Shown: positions 35,881 to 37,170 of the stretch, in pieces
Numbering within the stretch: the stretch's first letter is position 1
How the letters are laid out: the number at the start of each line of letters is the position of its first letter
NCBI GenBank assembly: GCA_004524535.1
Contig: SDNY01000026.1
Location: 1-37,170, forward strand
DNA length: 37,170 nucleotides
Source of the DNA: Promethearchaeota archaeon
GTDB lineage: Archaea > Asgardarchaeota > Lokiarchaeia > Sigyniarchaeales > SOKP01
Direction of reading: 5' to 3'
Position numbers and translations under genes: made by a program
The notes under the pieces: model-generated
Seen by the model: only the letters and a program-made list of their open reading frames with translations
The model's database searches: none
What the model was told of the DNA's origin: nothing

Positions 35881-37038
35881 TTATTCTAACTTTTTTAATA
35901 TCAATTGGCATAAGTCTATTATTTCTAATGAAGAATTTAACGCATCTCGTGCATCTCTCAGATTTCTCTCGCAGAAAGGACACGTACTCACTAAATATTT
36001 TGCTCCTGTTTCCTCGGCTTCTTTAATTCTATCCTCTGATATTTCAATAGCCCAATCTTTTAAGCCAATCTTCACTCCTGCGCCTGCTCCACAACACCAT
36101 GCATTTTCCCTATTTCGACCCATCTCAACAAATTCTATTCCAGGAATAGAATTCAACACTTTTCTTGGTTCTTCGTATATTCCGACATGTCGTCCTATAT
36201 GACAAGGATCATGATAAGTAGCAATTTCAATTGGCTTTTTCTTTCCTTTATATAATTTTTTAAGTGCCCTCAGCTTTCTTGCTAAAAATTCGCTTAGATG
36301 TAAGACTTCTTTATCAATTTTTAAACCATACTTCGTTTCATATTGAGCTTTTAAAGTCCGTAAACAACCTGCACATGAAGCAATCACTGTTTTTCCTTTA
36401 TGTTCATTAATGATCTTTACATTATGCTCAGCTAATCTTCTTGCCGCTTTATATTGACCTGTGGTTATTAATGGGCTACCGCAGCAGACTTCCTCCTTTA
36501 ATAATGTGAAACTTACACCTAATTTCTGCAAAATGGGTATGACAGCTTCAAACAATTGCGTTTCTCGAAAAGCTGATGTACAGCCAACAAAATAAATAAC
36601 ATCTGCGTCATCACTAAAATATTCGTCTGGCACAGATTTAAATCGATCTTCATTAGAGTCGCCGTAAGGATTGTTAACTTTATTGATATTTTCTAAAATT
36701 TTTTGTTGCGCTTCTAAAGGACCTAACCCTCTCTCCACAGCTTCTTCTCTTAACGCTTCAAATATCTCTAACGCATGTTTTCCTGCCTCTTGTTGGCATT
36801 GAACCGTACAATTACCACATAAAGTACAACTAAAAATCTTATCTATTATTGATGGACTCCAATCATATCTTCCTTGGTATAGATCAAGTGCCATCCACAT
36901 TTTACCACCACTCGTATATGGTTCAAAAAAGAATTTTGTAAAGGAGGGACATGAGTTCCTGTAATCACGATAAATATAATTGCAAGAATTACACCTTCCA
37001 CAGTAATGAAGCCATTCTTTTACCTCTTCTAAGCCCAT
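35881..37038 (-). CDS. HdrD/GlcF-like Fe-S protein with two CCG domains
   Basis: CGRCNSC...CP, CTLCGNCTVQC, FVGC, CCGSP, SCAGC, YHDPCHIGR, CCGAG, TCPFC. Confidence 0.9.
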   Translation of the reverse strand: MGLEEVKEWLHYCGRCNSCNYIYRDYRNSCPSFTKFFFEPYTSGGKMWMALDLYQGRYDWSPSIIDKIFSCTLCGNCTVQCQQEAGKHALEIFEALREEAVERGLGPLEAQQKILENINKVNNPYGDSNEDRFKSVPDEYFSDDADVIYFVGCTSAFRETQLFEAVIPILQKLGVSFTLLKEEVCCGSPLITTGQYKAARRLAEHNVKIINEHKGKTVIASCAGCLRTLKAQYETKYGLKIDKEVLHLSEFLARKLRALKKLYKGKKKPIEIATYHDPCHIGRHVGIYEEPRKVLNSIPGIEFVEMGRNRENAWCCGAGAGVKIGLKDWAIEISEDRIKEAEETGAKYLVSTCPFCERNLRDARDALNSSLEIIDLCQLILKKLE

Positions 37039-37170
37039 TTATTGCGTCTCCTCCGCTTCTTTTCTTTTTATGTCGTCTTCATTTAGAACAAACAGTTTAC
37101 CAGGATTCATTATATTATTTGGATCCATCATATCTTTTACTTTTTTGAGTAATTTATAAAAAGAAATATC
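37039..37170 (-). CDS. C-terminal end of an FAD-binding oxidoreductase (GlcD/VAO family), truncated by the window edge
   Basis: Not in the ORF track; minus strand reads DISFYKLLKKVKDMMDPNNIMNPGKLFVLNEDDIKRKEAEETQ*, with the DPxNIMNPGK signature; stop abuts the ATG at 37038. Confidence 0.8.
   Translation of the reverse strand, partial: DISFYKLLKKVKDMMDPNNIMNPGKLFVLNEDDIKRKEAEETQ

Noticed and set aside
5330-37148. Short overlapping ORFs in the track (5330, 6977, 10120, 11841, 12268, 16150, 16277, 18341, 20138, 20280, 20991, 22245, 24661, 25138, 25941, 27588, 27602, 27890, 28148, 29982, 30193, 35814, 36951)
   Set aside because: All are antisense shadows of well-supported genes and carry no recognisable motifs

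Overview
This AT-rich archaeal window is most consistent with an Asgard archaeon (Lokiarchaeia-like). That is an inference from a Rab-like small GTPase without a prenylation motif, repeated FAD-oxidase/HdrD-like modules, URO-D/corrinoid proteins and frequent TTG starts. It has three blocks. (1) About 0.4-11.1 kb is a very AT-rich glycan-modification island: four mosaic paralogous GT-A glycosyltransferases, an orphan fragment of a fifth, a recent 1152-bp tandem duplication, two alkaline-phosphatase-superfamily paralogs flanking a sulfotransferase, an FkbM methyltransferase and two radical SAM enzymes. (2) About 11.3-28.6 kb is an anaerobic catabolic region: a CrtI-like flavoprotein, a five-gene corrinoid methyl-transfer module, an acyl-CoA ligase, an IVD/LCAD-type acyl-CoA dehydrogenase with FixC/FixX-like partners, and an operon of two VAO/PCMH-family flavoproteins, an HdrD/GlcF-like Fe-S protein, an SCP2-like protein and a CrtC-like hydratase. 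(3) About 28.6-37.2 kb is mixed: a PIN toxin-antitoxin pair with a palindromic operator, a second FkbM, a coiled-coil/winged-helix protein, MFS, PepT, nitroreductase, the Rab-like GTPase, an ECF S component and a second HdrD-like/FAD-oxidase pair. I saw no rRNA, tRNA, CRISPR array, transposase, integrase or reverse transcriptase. All calls are from motif reading by eye; no searches were run.
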